Below are positions 1 through 9,131 of a stretch of DNA of 32,000 nucleotides, piece by piece; within the stretch, counting starts at the first letter, position 1, and every line of letters begins with the position of its first letter. A program made the position numbers and the translations under genes. Origin of the DNA: Micrococcus luteus NCTC 2665 (GTDB lineage: Bacteria > Actinomycetota > Actinomycetes > Actinomycetales > Micrococcaceae); the NCBI RefSeq assembly GCF_000023205.1, contig NC_012803.1, positions 480,001-512,000 on the forward strand. The letters are read 5' to 3'. Under the pieces are notes generated by a model that ran no database searches, was not told the DNA's origin, and saw only the letters and a program-made list of their open reading frames with translations.

Positions 1-321
1 TGAGGGGGCGCGCAGCTCGAGCGCGGGCGGCTCGACGGCCGGCCCGAGACCGTGCAACCGGGCCGCGGTCAGGCCCGTGAACACCGTCTCGGGGCGGGCG
101 ATCGAGAGGGCGACGGCGGACACGACCGTCCTGTCCCACGGACGCAGCGCGGCCCAGTCGCCGACGCTGATGTAGACGCGCGGGCAGAGCCGCACGAGGA
201 CCCCGCGGGTCCAGGCGCGTTCGAGACGGCGCCGCGCCGCCCCGTCGTGAGGGTCCGCCGCGCTGAGCAGGGGCCCGCGTCCCGGGAGCAGCGCACGCGA
301 GTGGTCGGAGAGCGGGGTCAT
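1..321 (-). CDS. Hypothetical protein, 5' part only. The start is at 321 and the ORF runs off the left window edge. It is possibly an AbiEi_4/DUF559-type HTH N-terminal domain protein.
   Basis: This ORF is absent from the supplied track because it has no stop codon inside the window. The reverse complement of 1..321 is an open frame beginning ATG (319..321). It translates as MTPLSDHSRALLPGRGPLLSAADPHDGAARRRLERAWTRGVLVRLCPRVYISVGDWAALRPWDRTVVSAVALSIARPETVFTGLTAARLHGLG... G/C dominates third codon positions. A GACACT -10-like hexamer lies 7 nt upstream of the ATG. The G.LVRL.PRVY...TAA.LHGL pattern resembles AbiEi_4-type N-terminal domains, judged from memory. Confidence 0.5.
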   Translation of the reverse strand, partial: MTPLSDHSRALLPGRGPLLSAADPHDGAARRRLERAWTRGVLVRLCPRVYISVGDWAALRPWDRTVVSAVALSIARPETVFTGLTAARLHGLGPAVEPPALELRAPS

Positions 322-377
322 GCGGCCCAGTGTCGTGGGCCCGTCCGGGGCGCGAGGGGCCGACCGCGCCGACGGTG

Positions 378-423
378 GAGGGCACCCGCCGTCGGGGGGC
401 CTGTGCAGGAGTCGGGTGCCCTC
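378..423 (-). terminator. Second hairpin downstream of gdhA. The stem is 11 bp perfect (GAGGGCACCCG / CGGGTGCCCTC) with a 24-nt loop.
   Basis: The inverted repeat was read directly: 378..388 pairs with 413..423. No U-tract follows it. Confidence 0.3.
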
Positions 424-429
424 GAGCGA

Positions 430-486
430 CCGCCGCCCTGCGACATCACCGCGCGTCAGAACGGCGGTGATGTCGCAGGGCGGCGG
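430..486 (-). terminator. Strong hairpin about 30 nt downstream of the gdhA stop. The stem is 23 bp perfect with an 11-nt loop. It is a probable intrinsic, I-shaped terminator.
   Basis: 430..452 pairs perfectly with 464..486 (core CCGCCCTGCGACATCACCGC / GCGGTGATGTCGCAGGGCGG). The gdhA stop codon lies at 515..517 on the minus strand. No U-tail is present. Confidence 0.5.
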
Positions 487-514
487 AGGATCACGGAAGG
501 GGCAGGGCCGGGAC

Positions 515-1969
<1,455 letters not shown>

Positions 1970-2080
1970 TCACCGAAATGAGACGCGGGCCACCCCGGGC
2001 CCCGTGCATGGCTCAGCGCGGGCCTTCCACGGTCGCGTCGTTGACGAGGTCGGCCAGGCGGCCGGCGTCCGGCCCCGGGC

Positions 2081-3298
2081 TCAGCCGAAAACGCGCGCGG
2101 CCAGCAGCGCCGGCGCCGTCAGCAGCCGGCGGGCCAGCTCCACGCGGCGGCGCTCCTGCACCGCGATCGCCTTCTCGTAGTAGCCCACGAGCTGCTCGCA
2201 CAGCACCGGCCACGTCCGGCCCTGCACCGACGCCCACGCCGCGTCGGCGAACGCGGCCCGCTTGACGTCGTCGTACACCAGGTCCGCGACGTGGCGGCGC
2301 AGCTCGTCCAGCTCGCCGGGCGGGTAGAGCCAGCCGGTGCGGGAGACGTCCACGATGTCCAGGGGGCCGCCGCGGCCGACGGCGACGACGGGCACGCCCG
2401 AGGCCATCGCCTCCTGCAGCGTCTGGCCGAAGGTGTCGGACTCGCCGGGGTGCACGAACAGGTCCAGGCTCGCCACGTGGCGCGCGAGGTCCTCGCCTCC
2501 CTGGAAGCCGGCGAAGTGCGCGCCGGGCAGCTGGCGCTCGAGCTGTTCGCGCAGCGGCCCGGAGCCGATGACCACGAGGCGGGTGCCCGGCAGGTCCGAG
2601 AGCACCCGCAGGTCCCCGACCTGCTTCTCGTGCGCCAGCCGCCCCACGAAGCCCGCGAGCTTCTCGCCGTTCGGGGCGAGCTCGGCGCGCAGCGCCTCGT
2701 CCCGCTTGGCGGGATGGAATCGGCCGGAGTCGACGCCGCGGCCCCACAGGTGCACGCGTCGCACCCCCTGGCGGTGCAGCTGCCGGACGGTGAACGACGA
2801 CGGCGCGAGCGTCAGCGTGGCCGTGTTGTGCAGGCGCGCCACGTGGCTCCACAGCACGTCCTCCAGCCACGGGGCGCCGTACCGGGCCGCGTAGCCGGGG
2901 ACCTCGGTCTGGTAGACGGCCACGGAGGGGATGCCGAGCTCCTCGGCCGCCTGCACCGCGCGCCAGCCCAGCACGAAGGGGGAGGCGATGTGCACCACGT
3001 CCGGGGCGAAGTCGGCGAGCATGCCGCGCAGCCGGCCCACTGTGCCGGCGGCCACCCGCACGGAGGCGTACCCGGTCAGGGGCACGGAGGGCAGGGTGCG
3101 CACGGGGAAGCCCTCGACCTCGCGGGGGGCCTCACCGGCGCCCGCGCGTTGGGTCCACCCGGCGGACCACGAGGCAGCCGGGGCGATCACCATCGCCTCG
3201 TCGCCCCGCTCCCGCAGGTGGCGCAGCACCTGGAGGAGGGAGTGGGTGACCCCGTTCATATGGGGCAGGAACGATTCGGCGACCACGACGACACGCAC
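2081..3298 (-). CDS. GT4-family glycosyltransferase (MgtA/Rv0557-like mannosyltransferase type)
   Basis: The 405-aa product starts VRVVVVAESFLPHMNGVTHSLL at a GTG (3296..3298). It contains AVYQTEVPGY, TLAPS, GRLAHEK and E..FGQT.QEAMASG.PVV blocks typical of GT-B/GT4 enzymes. A TAGCGT hexamer sits 7 nt upstream of the GTG. The rest of the 549-aa track ORF has no protein-like features. Confidence 0.85.
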   Translation of the reverse strand: MRVVVVAESFLPHMNGVTHSLLQVLRHLRERGDEAMVIAPAASWSAGWTQRAGAGEAPREVEGFPVRTLPSVPLTGYASVRVAAGTVGRLRGMLADFAPDVVHIASPFVLGWRAVQAAEELGIPSVAVYQTEVPGYAARYGAPWLEDVLWSHVARLHNTATLTLAPSSFTVRQLHRQGVRRVHLWGRGVDSGRFHPAKRDEALRAELAPNGEKLAGFVGRLAHEKQVGDLRVLSDLPGTRLVVIGSGPLREQLERQLPGAHFAGFQGGEDLARHVASLDLFVHPGESDTFGQTLQEAMASGVPVVAVGRGGPLDIVDVSRTGWLYPPGELDELRRHVADLVYDDVKRAAFADAAWASVQGRTWPVLCEQLVGYYEKAIAVQERRRVELARRLLTAPALLAARVFG

Positions 3299-3458
3299 GT
3301 GGCCGACGCTAAGGACCCCGGACCACGGCCGGGACACCCTCCGACGACGGCCCGGTGACCCCGCGGTGAACTCTCGGGGCACGTGACGGTCGTCGCACCG
3401 GCCCGCGCGGCCCGCCCCCGTCCAGGCGCCGCCCGGAGTCGGGTGGCACCATGGACGG

Positions 3459-4823
3459 GTGAGTTCCCGCCCCGCTGCGCCCCGTCTGCTGCGCCCCGTC
3501 CCCCTGCCGCTGTGGCTGCAGGGGGTGGTCGAGGCGCTCGTCACGGCGATGATCAGCCTGCTCGCGGTCATGGTCCCCACCCTCGCGGTGTGGGCCACGG
3601 GCGGGTTCGAGCGGCCGACCATCGAGGGTGCCGTCCAGGTGGGCGGCGTCCTGTGGCTGGCCCTGCACGCGGTGCCCGTCACCGTGGCCACGGCCATGCC
3701 CACCGCGCCGGACCACCTCATCACCGGCACGGCGTGGCTCGTGCCGTGGGGCCTGACCCTGGTCCCGCTCGCGCTGTCCTGGCGGGCCGGCCGGCACCTG
3801 GCGCGCGCGTCCTACCGGGACCAGGCGTGGCAGGCCCTCGTGGGCGCGGTGGGGGCCTACGCCCTGGTGGGGCTGGCCGTGGCGTTCCTGCCCGGCACGG
3901 ACGAGCTGACGGTCCACCCCGTCCCGGCGGCGCTGCTGCCCGCCCTGCTCTTCGGCGTCGCCGCCCTCGCGGGGGCGCGGCGCGAGGCCGGCACCTGGGC
4001 GCACCTGATCGGCCTGGACCTCACGGAGCGGATCTCGCGGCGGTCGCAATACGAACGCTGGGCCGGCTCGTACGCGTGGTCCGTGGTGCGCGCCGCGGTC
4101 ATCGCCGTGCTCGCCCTGACGGGCCTGAACGCGCTGCTCGTGGCGGGGCGCCTGGCCGTCGAGTGGACCGCCGTCGTCACCGTGGCCCAGGCGATCGGGG
4201 GCGGCCCGCTGGGCGGTCTGCTGCTGGCGCTGCTGCAGATCGGCTGGCTGCCCACGTTCACCGCGTGGTCGATCGCGTGGACGGCGGGCCCGGGGTTCTC
4301 CGTGGGCGCGGACAGCCTCTACTCCGTGTTCGGTGCGACGCCGGCCACCGCGCCCGCCCTCCCGGCGCTGGGTGCGCTGCCCGTGACGTGGTCGCCGTGG
4401 CAGCTGCTCCTGCTGGCCGTGCCGATCGGCGCCGGCGCCGTGGCCGGCGTGTGGCTGCTGCGGGAGGGGGAGAACCACCTCGACGACTGGCTGCACACCC
4501 GCCACGGCAGCCGCGCGGTGTCCCTGACGCTGTCCACGCTGGCCCTGGCCGTGCTCACCGGACTGCTCACGGGGCTGCTGCTGCTCGTGCCGCTGGCCCT
4601 CACCTCCGGGACGCTCGGGCTCGGCGCGCTGACGGACATCGGCTCCCACGTCTGGGCGGTGTGCGCCGCCGTCGCCGGGTGGGTCGCGCTGGGCTGCGCG
4701 GCCGGCTACCTCACGGCCCTGGCCGTGGCCGGGCACCGGGACAGGACGACGACGGTGCCGCGGTCCGGCGACCGCGCCTCGGGCCCGCGCGACCGGCCGT
4801 CCCCCCGCCGGGCGCGGGACTGA
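3459..4823 (+). CDS. Polytopic integral membrane protein, PerM (Rv0955)/DUF6350-like
   Basis: The 454-aa product has many hydrophobic segments and GC3-rich codons. It lies immediately upstream of purN/purH, as perM does in mycobacteria, and its length is close to what I recall for PerM. It uses a GTG start, with CACCAT 6 nt upstream. Confidence 0.72.
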   Translation: MSSRPAAPRLLRPVPLPLWLQGVVEALVTAMISLLAVMVPTLAVWATGGFERPTIEGAVQVGGVLWLALHAVPVTVATAMPTAPDHLITGTAWLVPWGLTLVPLALSWRAGRHLARASYRDQAWQALVGAVGAYALVGLAVAFLPGTDELTVHPVPAALLPALLFGVAALAGARREAGTWAHLIGLDLTERISRRSQYERWAGSYAWSVVRAAVIAVLALTGLNALLVAGRLAVEWTAVVTVAQAIGGGPLGGLLLALLQIGWLPTFTAWSIAWTAGPGFSVGADSLYSVFGATPATAPALPALGALPVTWSPWQLLLLAVPIGAGAVAGVWLLREGENHLDDWLHTRHGSRAVSLTLSTLALAVLTGLLTGLLLLVPLALTSGTLGLGALTDIGSHVWAVCAAVAGWVALGCAAGYLTALAVAGHRDRTTTVPRSGDRASGPRDRPSPRRARD

Positions 4824-4833
4824 CGCCCGCGGC

Positions 4834-5271
4834 TCAGGGCCGCAGCTGGGGCACCCCCGTGCGCTCCTCCACCTGACGGGTGAACTCGTCCGCGCACGCC
4901 TGCTGCGCCCGCACGGTGAGCGCGGAGGCGCCGCACTGCTCGAGCTGGACCGTCGCGTCCCACGCGAGCAGCGGCAGCGCCGCCGTCGTCATGCCCACCA
5001 GCGCCATCGCCATGCCGGCGGACGCCACCGCGCGGGGCAGCCCCGAGCGCTCGGCGCCGCGGCTCGTGACCCACACGCGCACGCCGAGCACGAGGGCGAC
5101 CAGCCCCAGCGCGAGGGCGATCAGCTTCCACGGCAGCACGAGGGAGAAGGAGAGCACCATCCCCAGCAGCGCCACGGACTGCCACAGTAGGGCACGACCG
5201 GTGCGGACGCGGCCGGGGTCCGGGGCGCCCTGCGGCGGGCGGGGCGGGGAGGAGGGAACGGGGGCGGACAC
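4834..5271 (-). CDS. Small hypothetical membrane protein. It has a Pro-rich N-terminus, about 3 TM segments and a C-terminal tail with two Cys.
   Basis: The 145-aa ORF uses a GTG start and has strongly G/C third positions throughout. Hydrophobic stretches include ALLWQSVALLGMVLSFSLVLPWKLIALALGLVALVLGV and AMALVGMTTAALPLLAW. I recognise no family. Confidence 0.6.
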   Translation of the reverse strand: MSAPVPSSPPRPPQGAPDPGRVRTGRALLWQSVALLGMVLSFSLVLPWKLIALALGLVALVLGVRVWVTSRGAERSGLPRAVASAGMAMALVGMTTAALPLLAWDATVQLEQCGASALTVRAQQACADEFTRQVEERTGVPQLRP

Positions 5272-5277
5272 CCCCTC

Positions 5278-5287
5278 ACCCTACGAT
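5278..5287. promoter_or_regulatory. Two overlapping, divergent -10-like hexamers in the 22-bp gap between the 4834..5271(-) gene and purN(+)
   Basis: On the plus strand, TACGAT (5282..5287) lies 6 nt before the purN ATG (5294). On the minus strand, TAGGGT (complement of 5278..5283) lies 6 nt before the GTG at 5271. Neither gene has a properly spaced Shine-Dalgarno sequence. Confidence 0.3.
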
Positions 5288-5293
5288 GGGCGC

Positions 5294-5857
5294 ATGCGCA
5301 TCGTTGCCCTCGTCTCCGGTTCCGGCACCAACCTGCAGGCCGTCCTCGACGCCGTCGCCTCCGGCGCCCTGGACGTGGAGATCGCCGCGGTGGGCGCCGA
5401 CGTCGCCGACGCCGGCGGACTCGACCGTGCCCGCGCCCACGGGATCGAGACGTTCGTGGTGTCCCCGACGGACCACGCGGACCGGCGCGCGTGGGACGAG
5501 GCGCTCGCGGACGCCGTCGCCGCCTACGCGCCGGACTGGGTGGTGTGCTCCGGGTTCATGCGGATCCTGGGCGCCCCGCTGCTCGAGCGGTTCGACGGCC
5601 GCATCCTCAACACCCACCCCGCCCTGCTGCCGTCCTTCCCGGGGGCCCACGGCGTCCGGGACGCGCTGGCGCACGGGGTGAAGGTCACCGGCTGCACCGT
5701 GCATGTGGTGGACGCGGGCGTGGACACCGGCCCGATCCTCGCGCAGGCCGCGGTGCCCGTGCTGGACACGGACACCGAGGCCGAGCTGCACGAGCGCATC
5801 AAGGTCCAGGAGCGGGCCCTGCTGCTGCGCGTGCTCGGCGAGCTCAGTCGGCGCTGA
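5294..5857 (+). CDS. purN: Phosphoribosylglycinamide formyltransferase
   Basis: The 187-aa product reads MRIVALVSGSGTNLQAVLDAV...NTHPALLPSFPGAHGVRDALAHGVKVTGCTVHVVDAGVDTGPI. This matches the classic GAR transformylase N-terminus and the formyl-transferase HPxLLP/D motifs. The upstream part of the track ORF (4880..) is not protein-like. Confidence 0.93.
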   Translation: MRIVALVSGSGTNLQAVLDAVASGALDVEIAAVGADVADAGGLDRARAHGIETFVVSPTDHADRRAWDEALADAVAAYAPDWVVCSGFMRILGAPLLERFDGRILNTHPALLPSFPGAHGVRDALAHGVKVTGCTVHVVDAGVDTGPILAQAAVPVLDTDTEAELHERIKVQERALLLRVLGELSRR

Positions 5858-7253
5858 CCTCGAGGGCGCGGCCGCGGGTCTCCGGGGCCAGCGCCAGCAT
5901 CGCCGCGCAGGCCAGGACCACGAGCCCGCCGGTGACGGCGAACGCCCCCGGCAGCCCGAGGGCGGGGACCAGCGTGCCCACGAAGAGCAGCGGGCCCAGG
6001 CCCGCGCCCACCCGCGAGGCCGCCGACGCCCAGCCGAAGCCGGAGGCGCGCAGCGTCGTCGGGTACAGCTCGGAGACGTACGTGTAGAGCACCGGGATCG
6101 CGACCTGCACCACGAAGCCGAACGCCAGCACGAGCGGCAGCACCGCGGCGGGCACGTCCAGCACGCTCGCCAGCCAGACGGTCAGGGCGCTCGCGACGAC
6201 GGCGCTGACGGCCAGCAGCCAGCGGCGGCCGGTGACCTCGATCAGCACGGTGGCCACGACCACGCCGAGCAGGCCGGCCGCGGCCATGCCGGAGGTCATG
6301 ATGAAGGCGCGGCCCTCCGCGTAGCCGGCGTCGATGAGGAACGTCGGCAGCCACTGCAGCGCGATGTAGTAGACGAGCATGATGGCCACGAACAGGGCCC
6401 AGGCGACCGCGGTGATGCGCGGGGAGAACCGCCAGACCGCGGCGAGCTGCGCGCCGACGCCGCCGGAGCGGGCCGGCTCGGCCGGGGGCATCGTGTAGGG
6501 CCGGCGGGGCGCGCCGGTGGCCGCCACCATGCGGTCGATGACGGCGCGGGCCTGTGCCTCGCGGCCCCGGCTCATCAGGAACAGCGGGGACTCGGGGATG
6601 CCCAGGCGCACGACGAACACGAGCAGGGCCGGCAGGACCATGGCCAGCAGGGGCAGGCGCCAGTCGCCCCACGTGCCCACGAGCCAGGCGGAGACGAGGC
6701 CGCACAGCGCGGCGCCGACGGGCCACCAGCCGTCCATCGCGGCCAGGACGCGGCCGCGCAGCCGGCGCGGGGTGAACTCGCCCACGAGCGCGTAGTCCAC
6801 GGGGATCGTGCCGCCCAGGCCCACACCGGCCACGAAGCGGAACAGCGCGAACCACAGCAGGGAGTCCGTCAGCGCGCCCGCGATCGTGAACACGGAGAAG
6901 ATCGCGAGCGTCCACGCGAACGCCGCCTTGCGGCCGATGCGGTCCGCGATGGTGCCCCACAGGAACGCGCCCACGGCCATGCCGATGAGGTTGGCGGTGC
7001 CGATCCACGCGGCGTCGGCCTTGTCCAGGGCCCACTCCTCGCGCAGCAGCGGGATCATCACGCCGTTGAGCGTGACGTCCCACGCGTCGAACATGAAACC
7101 CAGGCCGCCGATCAGGAAGATGCGTCCCTGGACGGACCAGCGCCACGGCAGCTCCTGGACGACGGCCTCGCCGGTGGGCAGGGCGACGACGTCGGGCGCG
7201 GGCCCGGGGTGCGCGCCGTCAGCGCTGGGGCGGGGCGGGGTGGCGGAGGACAT
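5844..7253 (-). CDS. MFS transporter
   Basis: The 469-aa product has about 12 hydrophobic segments. It carries the MFS loop 2-3 signature [13 protein letters not shown] and PESP-type motifs (GIPESPLFL). Its 3' end overlaps the purN 3' end by 14 nt in a convergent arrangement. Confidence 0.88.
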   Translation of the reverse strand: MSSATPPRPSADGAHPGPAPDVVALPTGEAVVQELPWRWSVQGRIFLIGGLGFMFDAWDVTLNGVMIPLLREEWALDKADAAWIGTANLIGMAVGAFLWGTIADRIGRKAAFAWTLAIFSVFTIAGALTDSLLWFALFRFVAGVGLGGTIPVDYALVGEFTPRRLRGRVLAAMDGWWPVGAALCGLVSAWLVGTWGDWRLPLLAMVLPALLVFVVRLGIPESPLFLMSRGREAQARAVIDRMVAATGAPRRPYTMPPAEPARSGGVGAQLAAVWRFSPRITAVAWALFVAIMLVYYIALQWLPTFLIDAGYAEGRAFIMTSGMAAAGLLGVVVATVLIEVTGRRWLLAVSAVVASALTVWLASVLDVPAAVLPLVLAFGFVVQVAIPVLYTYVSELYPTTLRASGFGWASAASRVGAGLGPLLFVGTLVPALGLPGAFAVTGGLVVLACAAMLALAPETRGRALEVSAD

Positions 7254-7311
7254 GGTCGGCTCCCGTTCGTCGGGTGGAGTGGGGGCGGTCCGTCACGCGG
7301 ACGCCTGGGCC

Positions 7312-7317
7312 ATTATG
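7312..7317 (-). promoter_or_regulatory. Candidate -10 box (CATAAT on the minus strand) for the MFS transporter gene
   Basis: This is one of only two A/T-rich islands in the 7254..7372 divergent intergenic region. It would give a roughly 50-nt leader carrying GGGAG 8 nt before the ATG. Confidence 0.3.
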
Positions 7318-7327
7318 CGGCCCGGCC

Positions 7328-7333
7328 TATGCT
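7328..7333 (+). promoter_or_regulatory. Candidate -10 box (TATGCT) for purH
   Basis: This is the second A/T-rich island in the intergenic region. It lies about 40 nt upstream of the GTG start and ahead of the GAAGGAG ribosome-binding site (7357..7363). Confidence 0.3.
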
Positions 7334-7372
7334 GGAGGACGCACCCGGACCCCCTCGAAGGAGCGCCCCCTC

Positions 7373-9064
7373 GTGATCTCTGCCCAGCCCACCACCACCG
7401 TCCTGGACACGGTGCCCCTGAAGCGGGCCCTGATCTCCGTGTACGACAAGACCGGCCTCGAGGAGCTCGCCACCGGGCTCCACGCCGCGGGCGTGCAGAT
7501 CGTCTCGACCGGCTCCACCGCCCAGCGCATCGCCGCCGCCGGCGTGCCCGTCACCGAGGTCGCCGAGGTCACCGGGTTCCAGGAGTGCCTGGACGGCCGC
7601 GTGAAGACGCTGCACCCGCGCGTGCACGCGGGCATCCTGGCGGACCGTCGTCGCGAGGACCACGTGACCCAGCTGCGCGAGCTCGAGGTGGAGCCGTTCG
7701 ACCTCGTCGTCGTGAACCTCTACCCGTTCGTGGACACCGTGAACTCGGGCGCCGCGGAGGACGCCGTCGTCGAGCAGATCGACATCGGCGGGCCGTCCAT
7801 GGTGCGCGCGGCCGCGAAGAACCATGCATCCGTGGCGATCGTCGTGGACCCGGCCCGCTACGGCGAGGTCGTCCAGGCCGCGCAGTCCGGCGGCTTCGAC
7901 CTGCGCGCCCGCCAGCGCCTGGCCGCCCTGGCCTTCGCCCACACCGCGGCGTACGACAACGCCGTGGCTGCCTGGACCGCCGCCCACTTCGGCGAGGACA
8001 TCCACGCCGACGAGATCCCCGTGTTCCCGCCCTACGCCGGCTTCTCCCTCGAGCGCGCGCAGATCCTGCGCTACGGCGAGAACCCGCACCAGCCCGCGGC
8101 GCTGTACCTGGACTCCTCGGCGGCCCCCGGCATCGCGCAGGCCGAGCTGCTGCACGGCAAGCCGATGAGCTACAACAACTACGTGGACGCCGACGCCGCG
8201 GTGCGCGCCGCCTTCGACCACCCGGTCCCGGCCGTGGCGATCGTCAAGCACGCCAACCCGTGCGGCGTGGCCGTCACGGACGCGGGCACGGACATCGCGC
8301 AGGCGCACGCCAAGGCCCACGCGTGCGACCCGGTCTCCGCGTTCGGCGGCGTGATCGCGGCCAACCGCCCCGTCACCGACGCCATGGCCGCCCAGGTGAA
8401 GGACGTGTTCACGGAGGTCGTCGTGGCCCCGGCGTTCGAGCCCGAGGCCCTGGAGATCCTCTCCGCCAAGAAGAACCTGCGCCTGCTGAGCCTGCCCGAG
8501 GGCTTCCTGCGGGACGCCGTGGAGGCCAAGCAGGTCTCCGGCGGCATGCTGCTGCAGATCGCGGACGCGGTGGACGCGGACGGCGACGACCCGGCCACCT
8601 GGACCCTCGCCGCCGGCCCGGCCGCCGACGAGGCCGTCCTGGCCGACCTGGCCTTCGCGTGGCGCGCCGTGCGCGCGGCCAAGTCCAACGCCGTGCTGCT
8701 GGCCCACGACGGCGCCACGGTCGGCGTGGGCATGGGCCAGGTCAACCGCCTCGACTCCTGCCGCCTGGCCGTCGAGCGCGCCAACACCCTGGGCGCGGCG
8801 CAGACCGGCGGGCAGGACGTGAACAGCGCCGGCGGCGCGGAGAACGTCTCCGGGGAGGGCGCCCCCGAGCGGGCCCGCGGGTCCGTGGCCGCCTCGGACG
8901 CGTTCTTCCCGTTCGCGGACGGGCTGCAGATCCTCATCGACGCCGGCGTGAAGGCCGTCGTCCAGCCGGGCGGCTCCGTCCGGGATGAGGAGGTCGTGGC
9001 CGCGGCCGAGGCCGCCGGCGTGACCCTGTACCTGACCGGGGCGCGCCACTTCTTCCACGGCTGA
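7373..9064 (+). CDS. purH: Bifunctional AICAR formyltransferase / IMP cyclohydrolase
   Basis: The 563-aa product includes ...[17 protein letters not shown]..., [21 protein letters not shown] and [10 protein letters not shown] motifs. The GTG start at 7373 lies 9 nt after GAAGGAG. Confidence 0.95.
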   Translation: MISAQPTTTVLDTVPLKRALISVYDKTGLEELATGLHAAGVQIVSTGSTAQRIAAAGVPVTEVAEVTGFQECLDGRVKTLHPRVHAGILADRRREDHVTQLRELEVEPFDLVVVNLYPFVDTVNSGAAEDAVVEQIDIGGPSMVRAAAKNHASVAIVVDPARYGEVVQAAQSGGFDLRARQRLAALAFAHTAAYDNAVAAWTAAHFGEDIHADEIPVFPPYAGFSLERAQILRYGENPHQPAALYLDSSAAPGIAQAELLHGKPMSYNNYVDADAAVRAAFDHPVPAVAIVKHANPCGVAVTDAGTDIAQAHAKAHACDPVSAFGGVIAANRPVTDAMAAQVKDVFTEVVVAPAFEPEALEILSAKKNLRLLSLPEGFLRDAVEAKQVSGGMLLQIADAVDADGDDPATWTLAAGPAADEAVLADLAFAWRAVRAAKSNAVLLAHDGATVGVGMGQVNRLDSCRLAVERANTLGAAQTGGQDVNSAGGAENVSGEGAPERARGSVAASDAFFPFADGLQILIDAGVKAVVQPGGSVRDEEVVAAAEAAGVTLYLTGARHFFHG

Positions 9065-9084
9065 GCGCGGCGCGCCGCTGCCGG

Positions 9085-9108
9085 ACGGGGGCCCGGACCG
9101 GGCCCCGT
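9085..9108 (+). terminator. GC-rich hairpin 20 nt after the purH stop (ACGGGG(G)CCCG / CGGGCCCCGT, with one bulge)
   Basis: The inverted repeat was read directly. No U-tract follows. The mgtE ribosome-binding site AGGAGG follows at 9116..9121. Confidence 0.3.
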
Positions 9109-9131
9109 GACCCCCAGGAGGTGACGAGGCG

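Noticed and set aside
7298-7311. CGGACGCCTGGGCC upstream of purH, resembling the conserved 3' strand (CCGCCUGGGC) of the ZTP (pfl) riboswitch that regulates purH and purU genes elsewhere
   Set aside because: I could not find the 5' subdomain (a GGGUCGUGACUGGCG-like P1/J1-2). The segment lies upstream of the most plausible purH -10 box (TATGCT, 7328..7333). Such a short GC-rich match is expected by chance. An Infernal scan with RF01750 would settle it.
9065-9131. An M-box (Mg2+) riboswitch upstream of mgtE
   Set aside because: The intergenic region is only 67 nt, and it is already occupied by a purH-proximal hairpin and the ribosome-binding site. An M-box needs about 160 nt and conserved motifs that are absent here.
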